Under the pieces are notes generated by a model that did not search any database, had not been told where the DNA came from, and worked only from the letters and a program-made list of their open reading frames with translations. A stretch of DNA of 63,371 nt, the filler included, from Octopus bimaculoides (lineage: Eukaryota): NCBI RefSeq assembly GCF_001194135.2. It is 5 parts of 5 records of this genome, joined end to end, with 100 filler letters (N's around TTAATTAATTAA, not from the genome) between each part and the next. Parts side by side here need not be neighbours in the genome. Positions count along the whole stretch, not along the records: positions 1 to 26,838 come from NC_068981.1; positions 26,939 to 35,572 come from NC_068988.1; 3 more parts are not named here. The stretch is one strand, 5' to 3'. The translations under genes were made by a program, and so were the position numbers. How positions within the stretch are numbered: position 1 is the stretch's first letter; each line of letters starts with the position of its first letter. Positions 20,999 to 32,510 of the stretch are shown here, piece by piece.

Positions 20999-23019
20999 GT
21001 AAGGAGATAATTTGTAAATAATATTGAATTTTAACTGAAAAGTCTCCTTCTTGTTTCTTTTTACATCCATTTTCTTCCATGATGGTGTGAACTAGGCAGA
21101 ACTTGTTGAGGCAAATTTTCTGTGGCTAGATGCTCCTTTTACCTGTTTTCCAAATAAGTATTTTAGTCCACTGCCCCCTCCACCATCACACACAAACACA
21201 CACACACTTGCACAAATGTGCGCTTGCACAAACGCACGCACACACAAAACAAAACAACGGTACTTTTTACTTACTAGAGAAGAGAATTTAAACAAACAGT
21301 TTTCCTTCGGGTAGTCTTAATGGAGCCATGTGGAAATGACTTTCGCGCAAACATAGACATGCACACATACACACACATATGCACTGATGCACATGCATGT
21401 ACACATGTGCACACGCAACACATATACACACATGTGGACAGAGTAGGAGGAGCCCTTTATCTCTGATAGCAAATAAATCTTGTAATGCCTGTAACATGAT
21501 AAAATGCAGCACTCAGGTGGGCTATGGGATGGGCATCCAGCTATAAAGTGATAACAAGAAGAGACAACAGCCAGCCTACTCTGCTGTCGTAAGCATCAGA
21601 TTAAATACCAGCATCACTATCATCTTCATCATCACTATCATCTTCATTATCAGTATCATCATTATTATATTACTGGGACCATCATCATTGTCATCATCAT
21701 CATCATCATCATTTAACGTCTGTTTTCCATGCTGGCTATGAGTTGGATGGTTTGACTGAAAATTGGTAAGCCAGGGAGCTGCACCAGATTCCGGTCTGAT
21801 TTGGCATGGTTTCTATGACTGGATGCCCTTCCTAATGCCAACCACTCCAAGAATATAGTGGGTGCTTTTTACATGCCACCGACATGGGTGCAACTGACGT
21901 GACACCAGCATTGGCCATGACTACTACAGCGTGGGAAAATAAACTGAAGATGATGGTGATGATGATTTTAAACAAGACTATTGATAAATACTAGTACCCT
22001 TATTGGGTGGCATATAAAATCCCATTTTCTCCTCCTAAAATGTCTCAGAAAAAAAATTCACTCTGGGTCTTATATGTGAAGTTAAGTCGAAATCGAACTA
22101 AATTCGACGACTGGCATCCATGCCAATGTCTCCTTCATTGAACACTAAACTTGGCTTGCGAAGACCTGTTGGGGCAAGCGAAAGCAAAATGGTGATGGCA
22201 CCTGTACCAGTGGAGCGCTAAGAGCACCGTTCGAGCATGATCGTTGCCAGGGCAGCTGTCTGGCTTCCACGCCAGTGACACATAAATAGCACCATTTGAG
22301 CGTAATCATTACCAGCGTTGCCTTCCTGGCACGTGAAAAGACATTCGAGCAAGGTCGTTGCCAGTGCTGCCATACTAGCCCCTGTGCAGGTGGCACATAA
22401 AATACCATTCTGAACGTGGCCGTTGCCAGTACCGCCTGACTGGCCTTTGTGCCGGTGGCACGTAAAAGCACCCACTACACACTCAGATTGGTTGGCGTTA
22501 GGAAGAACAACCAGCTGTGGAAACTCTGCCAGATCAGATTGGAGCCTGGTGCAGCCATGTGGTTCGCCAGTCCTCAGTCAAATCGTGCAACCCATGCTAG
22601 CATGGAAGGTGGACATTAAATGATGATGATGATGATGTCTCCCATAAGCTTTAATGCACTGAAAACTTACCTTGAATATCGACTGCTGAAATAAAGATGT
22701 CTAACATGTCCATGTATCTTATATGCCATCAAATGCTGTATATCTGCTTGACATCACATGGTGGTTGTAAAGAAACACCACTGTTCTACAAGCAATATTG
22801 AATTTCAATCTTCCATGAAAATATGTTGGCCATGGGTAAATATTACTTTACTGGGAAATAGATGATGGCTGGTGACAGGAAATGCATCCAGCTGGATAAA
22901 AACCTGCCTCATCAAATTCTGTCTGACTCACATAAGCATGGAAAAGTGTGTGATGACTGACTAAGTAAAAATATTTCTTGCCAAGTAGTTTCTTCATGAC
23001 TTTTACATTTTCATTCCAG

Positions 23020-23246
23020 GGCTCTTGGCTGTATTTTATATGAATTATATACGGGGATGCCCCCGTTTTATACAAACAATATCTTCCAGCTGGCGAGTCT
23101 AATTGTTAAAGATCCTGTACCATGGCCAAAAGACATGAGTCCAATCTTTAAGGATTTTTTACAAGGCTTGCTTTCAAAAAATTGTCAAAATCGACTATCG
23201 TGGCCAGAATTACTCACTCATCCTTTTATTTCCAATGGAATTCATG
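23020..23246 (+). CDS. STK36: STK36 coding exon 6 ([17 protein letters not shown]...[18 protein letters not shown]), end of kinase domain
   Basis: ttccag acceptor; the first base completes TGG (Trp) from the previous exon; donor gtaaat at 23247; 227 nt. Confidence 0.95.
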
Positions 23247-23258
23247 GTAAATATGCTA

Positions 23259-23380
23259 TTCTTCTTCTTCTTCTTCTTCTTCTTCTTCTTCTTCTTCTTC
23301 TTCTTCTCCTCCTCCCCCCTCCTCCCCCCTTCTTCTTCTTCTTCTTCTTCTTCTTCTTCTTCTTCTTCTTCTTCTTCTTT
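23259..23380. repeat. Compound (CTT)n-(CCT/C)n-(CTT)n pure-pyrimidine microsatellite 12 nt downstream of an STK36 donor
   Basis: Read directly from the sequence. Confidence 0.97.
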
Positions 23381-23648
23381 CATGCCATTAAAATGACACT
23401 GGGGTAAAATATACAAAGCCCAATGTAACCATCATGACTACCTGTCCGATAAGGGTACACCATGTAATGAAGTGTTTTGCTCAAGAACACGATGCGTTGC
23501 CTGGCCCAGGGATTGAAGAAATCAGAATCTTACACTCATGAGTCCAACACCCTAACCGCTAAGCCATGCACCGCCACACAAAACCTAAATATTGTAAGAA
23601 TATTTTAAATTTCTTCTGTTTTTTTTTATCGCCAAAATATGATTGAAG

Positions 23649-23809
23649 TCACCGAAGAAGACATGAAGCGCCCAAGCCCGTTCACTCAGCCACTTACTGC
23701 TTCAATGGTATTAAAAAAAGAGCAACAGATCAAAGAGCGGAGGCGGCCACCTGGGGTTCCAAAGATCTTGGCAAAAGCTCAAAGAAAGGCCAACGAAGAG
23801 AAACGGAAG
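23649..23809 (+). CDS. STK36: STK36 coding exon 7 (VTEEDMKRPSPFTQPLTASMVLKKEQQIKERRRPPGVPKILAKAQRKANEEKRK)
   Basis: The first AG after the T-rich tract is gattgaag (23647-23648), and its phase matches the upstream exon; donor gtgaat at 23810; 161 nt; basic post-kinase segment. Confidence 0.82.
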
Positions 23810-24197
23810 GTGAATGCTTTTATTTTATCTTCTATCTGTTACTTGTTTCAGGCTACGGCCATGTGGATTTTAGTTGAACGAATCAAACCCCAGTATTTTT
23901 TTTTCTTGGTATTTATTCTGTCAGTCTCATTTTGCTGACCTGCTACGTTATGGAAATATAAACACACTAATGACAGTTGCCAAATGTAGGCAGGGGTCAA
24001 AGACAGGCATATACACACACACACACACACTAAAAAAGCACATACACTCACATGCACATGCAGAAACATACGCATAAAGAGAATTTGTTTTGTTAAATTA
24101 ATAGCTTTTAGGCTCCAATTTTAAGCTGAATAACTTTTGTTTATTGTTAGTAAAGATTAATTATTGAAATAGAAGTTGTGTGATTGTCTACTTTCAG

Positions 24198-24284
24198 AAA
24201 GAAAATCTCATTAAGAATGTTAAAGAAGTGCAAAAGAATACAGATGAAGCAACAGTTGAGAAAACATCTGCCAAAGACAAAGAC
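24198..24284 (+). CDS. STK36: Probable STK36 coding exon 8 (KENLIKNVKEVQKNTDEATVEKTSAKDKD); gene model incomplete after this
   Basis: ctttcag acceptor and strong gtgagt donor; 87 nt open in phase 0/0. Low-complexity linker, so there is no motif support. Confidence 0.7.
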
Positions 24285-24345
24285 GTGAGTTAAACAATAT
24301 TCTTAATTTATTCTTCATTGTTGAATATATTTGTCTCTTACTTAA

Positions 24346-24604
24346 GTCTTTAGCATTCTGATTGTTCTGTCAAATATAATGCTTATTTGTTCACAACTCA
24401 TACCAGCATGGATAACGGATGTTAAATGATGTTGATGTTCTGAAGTAATCATGCATTATCTCATAGCTTTGGGAGTTGAATGACACGGTTGTTTATTTTC
24501 AGAATGACATTGTAGGGTAAGTGTATGAGGCCAGATCTAGACAGCTTGAATGTGAAACCTGTTGAATATTTATGCCAAATATGGCTGGTTTAAATGCTAA
24601 AGGG
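24346..24604. mobile_element. piggyBac-type MITE (degenerate left end), same family as 45521-45739 in opposite orientation
   Basis: ttaa at 24342-24345 and 24605-24608; right end gctaaaggg; internal sequence aligns with the 45.5-kb copy. Confidence 0.7.
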
Positions 24605-24869
24605 TTAAACGTATTTGTTGGCATCAACAAGGGAACCATGCCAAAACAGACAATGGAGCTTGGCAGCACAGTTCTCTGTCTTACCAGTTCCTGTCAAGAT
24701 GTCCAATCCATACCAGCATGGAAAATGAATATTAAATGGTTATAGGTGGCAAACTGGCAGAAACGTTAGCATGCCGGGCAAAATGCTTAGCAGTATTTCG
24801 TCTGCTGTTACATTCTGAGTTCAAATTCCGCCGAGGTCGACTTTAGCTTTTATCCTTCTGGGGTCGATA

Positions 24870-26262
24870 TAAACCTTCGACGTTCTACCCTCACCGGTGA
24901 ACTTAGTTCGATGGAACATAAAAACAAGCGATGAATGTGGATGCGGGGAGAAAGCGACGGTGAGACACGGTCTGTCAAGCTGCAGACTAGCACTGAAAAG
25001 GTATGCATGGCGCCATAATCAAGTCCTTGGCGTCATAAGTGCAGCACTCAAGGAGAAGATCGAGGGATACAACAGAGGAGAGTACCCCAAAGTGGAAAAG
25101 CGCAGGAAAATATACTTCCAGAAGGNNNNNNNNNNNNNNNNNNNNNNNNNNNNNNNNNNNNNNNNNNNNNNNNNNNNNNNNNNNNNNNNNNNNNNNNNNN
25201 NNNNNNNNNNNNNNNNNNNNNNNNNNNNNNNNNNNNNNNNNNNNNNNNNNNNNNNNNNNNNNNNNNNNNNNNNNNNNNNNNNNNNNNNNNNNNNNNNNNN
25301 NNNNNNNNNNNNNNNNNNNNNNNNNNNNNNNNNNNNNNNNNNNNNNNNNNNNNNNNNNNNNNNNNNNNNNNNNNNNNNNNNNNNNNNNNNNNNNNNNNNN
25401 NNNNNNNNNNNNNNNNNNNNNNNNNNNNNNNNNNNNNNNNNNNNNNNNNNNNNNNNNNNNNNNNNNNNNNNNNNNNNNNNNNNNNNNNNNNNNNNNNNNN
25501 NNNNNNNNNNNNNNNNNNNNNNNNNNNNNNNNNNNNNNNNNNNNNNNNNNNNNNNNNNNNNNNNNNNNNNNNNNNNNNNNNNNNNNNNNNNNNNNNNNNN
25601 NNNNNNNNNNNNNNNNNNNNNNNNNNNNNNNNNNNNNNNNNNNNNNNNNNNNNNNNNNNNNNNNNNNNNNNNNNNNNNNNNNNNNNNNNNNNNNNNNNNN
25701 NNNNNNNNNNNNNNNNNNNNNNNNNNNNNNNNNNNNNNNNNNNNNNNNNNNNNNNNNNNNNNNNNNNNNNNNNNNNNNNNNNNNNNNNNNNNNNNNNNNN
25801 NNNNNNNNNNNNNNNNNNNNNNNNNNNNNNNNNNNNNNNNNNNNNNNNNNNNNNNNNNNNNNNNNNNNNNNNNNNNNNNNNNNNNNNNNNNNNNNNNNNN
25901 NNNNNNNNNNNNNNNNNNNNNNNNNNNNNNNNNNNNNNNNNNNNNNNNNNNNNNNNNNNNNNNNNNNNNNNNNNNNNNNNNNNNNNNNNNNNNNNNNNNN
26001 NNNNNNNNNNNNNNNNNNNNNNNNNNNNNNNNNNNNNNNNNNNNNNNNNNNNNNNNNNNNNNNNNNNNNNNNNNNNNNNNNNNNNNNNNNNNNNNNNNNN
26101 NNNNNNNNNNNNNNNNNNNNGGGGAGGCGCCACGTCAAAACGGTAGGGGAGTAGGGGCCGAAACCGGACGTGGATCCTCCTGATGATGTCTTGAGCTAAC
26201 TGGATCCTATAAAGGAGCTGTTGTGGTAGCAGACCACGAAACATGGTTGAAATTCCTCCTTT
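24870..26262 (+). mobile_element. 5'-truncated RLE-type (HERO/NeSL-like) non-LTR retrotransposon; centre lost in an N gap
   Basis: ECGCGEKATVRHGLSSC (CCHC knuckle) followed by RYAWRHNQVL, characteristic of restriction-like-endonuclease LINE C-termini. Confidence 0.75.
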
Positions 26263-26838
26263 GTCTGTCCTTGTTTGTCCCCTCTGTGTCTAGCCCCTTG
26301 TGGGCAGTAAAAGAAATAAGAAACGATATTTCTGAAATGTTTTAAGAAATCTAAGGGAAAGAACTCTCTGCGACTTTACATTATCGTCACTTATGTAAAT
26401 ATCAAAATACAAAAGAGTCAAAAAACAGTCTAAGGGAAACAACTCTCTCAAACTTAACTACACGTTGGTGGTTTGTGTGTCGATGAACTTCAGTCTCTAA
26501 TGTTGTTTATTAAAGAACAAACAATCAAGAATTTTAATTAAAATCACATTTCGAAATTTTTTTATCAATGCCGAAAGGAATTTTTTTTTTTTCATTTACT
26601 CATTAAAAAAAAAAAATTAGTTTTTAACTATCTCTTAATAAAATAAACAATTACGGCATGAAAGAATATTAATTGTTCAAAAACAAAAACAAAAACTTCA
26701 TTTAAACGTTTATTATTATTATTATTATTATTATTATAATAAATGTTTGAGTGAAGTTAACAGTTTTTATGTTCTTTGAATGGTTGATATGTGTATTCAA
26801 TGCTGTTGTTTTAGTTTCAACACACGGCCTCAGATCAA

Positions 26839-26938
26839 NNNNNNNNNNNNNNNNNNNNNNNNNNNNNNNNNNNNNNNNNNNNTTAATTAATTAANNNNNN
26901 NNNNNNNNNNNNNNNNNNNNNNNNNNNNNNNNNNNNNN
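26839..26938. other. Artificial scaffold-join spacer (44 N + TTAATTAATTAA + 44 N); repeated at 35573-35672, 52786-52885 and 60692-60791
   Basis: Four identical 100-nt structures; the 12-mer has stops in all frames. Confidence 0.95.
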
Positions 26939-27088
26939 TATATATACATACATACATACATGTATGTATGTATGTGCAGACAAGACAGAAGTAAATAGAC
27001 ACACCATACAACATAGTGTTATGTCTATTTTATACTTTTTATTAATGAACACTTTTATGTTTCAGGTTCTATATGTGACTGTTTAATC

Positions 27089-28020
27089 ATGTCACGTACA
27101 AAAGAAACCTTGTAACTGTCCAAATTTCAAAGAAGCTGTATTGTAGTTCAATCTGAAGGTGGATTTAGTCAGCCTAAAATCATAAAAACCTTCGTATCCA
27201 GCTTTCTACAGTTAATAGTGTGAATGTTGTGCAATTCACCAGAAACGAGAAGGAGTGTGCATCACTTGTCCAGCTTGACCAGGGACCTCTGACAGGACTC
27301 TTTGATTTCTTAAGTGAAGTGTGGAGGATAATCCCCATTGCAAGGCCTCTGACATGGCAGAACAAGTTGATGTCAGTCCCAGAACAGTTGTTAGGTATCT
27401 CCACAAACTTGGCTACTATGACAGAACAGCAAGAAGGAAGCCAATTCTTCAACCAGCCAATATCTAGTGGAGAAAAGATTAGGCCAGTGGGACGATGGAG
27501 TGGCCGCTATCATTTTCGGACACTGTCATATTCTCTCATGAGTCCAGATTTGCTGTATTTTCTGACAGTAGTCCAGTGTGTCTGGAGACGCTACGAACCA
27601 GGATTTGACACAAAAAGATTGCTACCAACAATAAAACAAGGCAGCTATTCTGTGTTAGTCTGGGGAGCAACCTCGAGCAATGTTCTTTCAGAGCTGGTGG
27701 AGCATGATGGAAACAATCTTAGATCAATATGCATCAATATTGCAAAAAGGACTCCTTCCAATCTTCTCTAATTGTGGAAGGATTAAAACTCTTTATTTGT
27801 GGAAGATGAGGTTCCTTATCACACAGCTAAAAACACCCAAGATTGATTGGAAAAGAATGACATTAAAAAAAAGTCACCAGATATGAAAACCTATTGAACA
27901 CCCCTAGGGCATAATGGATAAGACACTTCGTAAAAAGAACAAGAAAGCATCCTCTAAGCCAGATCTTTGGGGATTACTGCATGAAACTTTGCGCGGTAAT
28001 TCCCCAAGAGAATATTCACA
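27089..28020 (+). mobile_element. Decayed Tc1 transposase
   Basis: MSRTKE start, SPRTVVRYLHKLGYY.RTARRKP, VIFSHESRF, CVWRR...LLPTIKQG..SVLVWG, VPYHTAK, SPD..KPIEH; many stops. Confidence 0.85.
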
Positions 28021-28080
28021 TTATAATAATTAGTAATAAATTTGAATAGGTAGGTAGGTAGGTAGGTAGGTATACATATA

Positions 28081-28297
28081 CAGTTGTGGCCAAAACTCTG
28101 AAATATAAGTCTGAAAATTACTAAATGTAGACAATTTTTTCCAGAATTATATTTTTGATTTTCCTATATATTCTATATATTTAAGCACTGGATCAGTTAT
28201 TAAGTATATTTCTAGACTGTATCGATTTGAATCGAATCGTACTTGGGCATAACAATTTTCATTTTTAAACAAATGTTCCAAACTTTGGCCACGACTG
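28081..28297. mobile_element. Tc1/mariner-type MITE, TA-flanked
   Basis: TIR cagttgtggccaaa / tttggccacgactg (1 mismatch); TA on both sides. Confidence 0.82.
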
Positions 28298-29116
28298 TAT
28301 ATATGTGTGTGACTGTGTGTGTATGTGTGTGAGTATATGCAAGTGTGTATATGTATAGATAAATATATTCATTTGTGTATATATTCATGTACATACACCA
28401 AATCACGTACATACATGCATGTGTGTGCGTGCGTATGCATGTGTGTACGAGCGCGTTTATATGTGTATTGCGTGTGCGTGCATGCGTATGTGTGTATGCG
28501 TATGTTATTTTGTAAATTTAGGAATAAATATATGCACAAAAGTAATTAATTCTCAACTAGAGAATATCTCGGATAATTAAACTATCAGCACTCCACCCCA
28601 TCCACTGCCCTATTCAGCTTAGTATTTTGGAGGGGGGGATGCACACAAAAGACACGTGATTTTTCTGTAAATGGATTTACACTCTGCAAGTAATGAAATT
28701 GACCTGTCATTTTTAGGTCGAAAATATATCAGCTTTGCATTGCATGTTTTCTTCTACCTATCTCAGACAGGTGGAGTAAGCGATAAAAAGAAGGTAGAAC
28801 TAAATTCATAATTTAAGTACAGCCAGTACCTTCACAATCCTAGCAGAAAGAAAAAAATTGCTGATGTGTAACAAAAGGGCACAACATATTTTGTCAACTA
28901 CAAGGAAACCATGGTTACGGATATGTTATTCTTTCTTCTCTGTAATACATGTATATGTGTGATTGTGTGCGTGTGCTGTGTGTATGTCAGTGCTTGTGTG
29001 TCTGTGTCTGTGCATGTGTCTGTGTGTACGTTTGGGCTGCGCGTGTATTTTGCATAAATATGTTTGTATGTATGTTATATTCATATATACACATAAATAT
29101 ATGTGTATATGTATAT

Positions 29117-29163
<47 letters not shown>

Positions 29164-29376
29164 CGTGCGCGTGTGTATGTATGTGTGTGTATATATATGT
29201 ATCTCTTTCCTTCTCTCCCTCTCTCTCTCTCTATATATATATATTTATATATAATTGCTTTCATGCATATATTTATTTCTATATTAGCAAAGGAATGTTA
29301 CTTATACAAACGTGCACACGCACACACAGATACGTACAGGATTTGGTGTATGTACAGGCATATATACAAACCGATA

Positions 29377-30315
29377 TACTAGGCTTTTTCACATGAAATG
29401 TCACATTTTTCATTACTTGTTATTTCAGTCATTTAAAAACTCAATTATGCATACCATGCATTTAATCTTTACTCTTTTTCGTTCTCAACAATACTGGTAT
29501 AAAAAATTATTTCACAAAGACCTTATGAAAATGATAACAACCAAACTATGTTGAGTGATTGTCTTGTATGAGTACAAAATGGGTCGTTCTGCCACAGAAG
29601 CTCTACAGAATATCAAGTGGGCCTTTGATAATGGTTTTGTTGACATCAGAACTGTTCAGAGATGGTTCCAAAGCTCTCGTTCAGGAGATGATAGCCTTGA
29701 AAATAAACCAGAGTGTTGACCAAAATCACTTATTTGGGCATGATGGATTAAATGCTTTGGTTGAACAAAATACGAGAACAAAGGTTCGAAAACTTTCATC
29801 AGAACTCCTAACATCTCGCACAACTGTTTTTGGACACCTGTAAAAAATTGGAAAAGTAAAAAAAACGGATAGTTTTCTTCCACATCAACTGAACGAGAAG
29901 AAGACCGTTTTTTTGCATGATATCATTACTTGTGATGAGAAATAGATAATCTTTGACAGCAACAGGAGACCAGGACAGTGATTAGAGGTAGGAGAGTCAC
30001 CTAAACACTACCCAACCCCACCATTGCACTCTAAGAAGTTAGTGGTCACTCTATGGTGGTCAGCGAAAGGAGTTATTCATTATTCGTTTTTGCAACAAGG
30101 AAAAATGGTAACAGCAACATTGTATTGCCAGGAAATTGATTGTATGCATGAGAATTTGAAAAAGAACAAACCCAGAGTAGTGAATAGAGATGGCCCAATT
30201 TTTTTCCACGACAATGCAGTTCCTCACACTTCTCGACCTACGGTCCTAAAGTTGTAAAGCCTGAATTATGAGGTTTTGCAACATCCTCTCTTGATAACTT
30301 TCCTACTGATCATCA
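29377..30315 (+). mobile_element. Decayed mariner (DD34D-type) transposase; 3' end in a gap
   Basis: LYEYKMGRSATEA...RTVQRWF (HTH), HSKKLVVTLWWSAKGVIHY, FFHDNAVPHTS, YEVLQHP. Confidence 0.88.
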
Positions 30316-30708
30316 NNNNNNNNNNNNNNNNNNNNNNNNNNNNNNNNNNNNNNNNNNNNNNNNNNNNNNNNNNNNNNNNNNNNNNNNNNNNNNNNNNNNN
30401 NNNNNNNNNNNNNNNNNNNNNNNNNNNNNNNNNNNNNNNNNNNNNNNNNNNNNNNNNNNNNNNNNNNNNNNNNNNNNNNNNNNNNNNNNNNNNNNNNNNN
30501 NNNNNNNNNNNNNNNNNNNNNNNNNNNNNNNNNNNNNNNNNNNNNNNNNNNNNNNNNNNNNNNNNNNNNNNNNNNNNNNNNNNNNNNNNNNNNNNNNNNN
30601 NNNNNNNNNNNNNNNNNNNNNNNNNNNNNNNNNNNNNNNNNNNNNNNNNNNNNNNNNNNNNNNNNNNNNNNNNNNNNNNNNNNNNNNNNNNNNNNNNNNN
30701 NNNNNNNN

Positions 30709-30749
<41 letters not shown>

Positions 30750-32465
30750 CATACAGGCATATACACACATTTATAGTTACATACGTACATATATATGTAT
30801 ATATGGTTGGTTGGCACTCCGTCGGTTACGACGACGAAGGTTCCAGTTGATCCGATCAAAGGAACACTCTGCTCGTGAGATTAACGTGCAAGTGTCTGAG
30901 TACTCCACAGACACGTGTACCGTTACCTTTGTTCTCGGGGAGATTCAGCGTGACACAGTGTGACAAGGCTGGCCTTTTGAATTACAGGCACAACAGAAAC
31001 AGCAAGTAAGAGTGAGAGAAAGTTGTGGTGAGATAGTACAGCAGGGTTCGCCACCACCCCCTACCGGAGCCCCGTGGAAGATTAGGTGTTTTCGCTCAAT
31101 AAACACTCACAACACCCGGTCTGGGAATTGAAACCGCGAACCTACTATATGTGTATATACACATAAATATTTACTCACATCAGTGTGTGCAGTTGTATTT
31201 GTATGTAGATATGTAGTTATGTATGTATGTATGTATGCATGCATGAATCTCTACGAGTATCAACATTACATTGTAACGCAAAATATTCTGTCCTAAACTT
31301 CTTAATATATTTAATCATCTATCTATCTATCTATCTATATANNNNNNNNNNNNNNNNNNNNNNNNNNNNNNNNNNNNNNNNNNNNNNNNNNNNNNNNNNN
31401 NNNNNNNNNNNNNNNNNNNNNNNNNNNNNNNNNNNNNNNNNNNNNNNNNNNNNNNNNNNNNNNNNNNNNNNNNNNNNNNNNNNNNATATATATATATATA
31501 TATACACATACATGATGCTTAAATGTCCTATAAAATCAACTTCTATGGCGTTCATACAACAATTGATATTTCCATATATCTTCGCAGTATACATATATTC
31601 AGCACTATCATGTGATGCGGTTTCAATTATGAAGGAATATATGTGTATGGAAGACGATAAATGTCAAAATATTTAGATCTTGGTTTATAGCCTTGTTGTT
31701 TTTATTAGTGCCACACGAGAAAATTAAATACTACGGGATAATGCCTATTTGTAGTAGTATAAAGGCTAATAAAAATATAACGTCAGAAAGGCTTTGATAA
31801 AATTATTGAGAGGTAGTGCGGAAAACTAATTTCATTTTTCTCCACGAATAGTAAGGAAATGTCTCCTTTGGCTGGAGCATCTAACTGTCGTAAATTGCTT
31901 GCCAATATCAAGTAGTTACGTCTTTGAATATTATGGATTATGATTTTGTGTCAAGAATTTTTAAAATATGAACGGTGCATTTGACCGCTGTTGCATGAGA
32001 GTGTAAAAGTCTATTCTCTCTAACTCTTTTATTCCATCTAAAACATTTTAAATCTTCACGTGGTCATCAAACGAAATCATTAAACAAGTATTATGCGTCA
32101 GATAAACGAATATCTGTTATTCAGAACAAGTCTGTATATTTGTAGTAATGGGAACAGCCTATTTGTTGAAATGTTGCATTAATAGCAGGTAAATGTTTTA
32201 TTGAACCCAAGGAGGTTTAATGAAAATTCGACTCCAGTGATGCATTACAACACTAAATATGAGACACATAACCAAATATCGCCCGATCGGATGACATATT
32301 TATCCGACTATTTATTGAGTCTGCAAATTTAGTTCCCATATAAAATCTGAAAATATTTTAAAAGACAATCACCTTATTTCACTTGCATTATCTCTATTCC
32401 ATCAGTCAGTGAGTGATTATTATTTGTATACACACATGCTCACATATATATATATGTATATATAC

Positions 32466-32510
<45 letters not shown>

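Noticed and set aside
28778-28804. 27-nt micro-exon (TGGVSDKKK) as the next STK36 exon
   Set aside because: Weak donor (gtagaa), located beyond a scaffold join, and no homology support.
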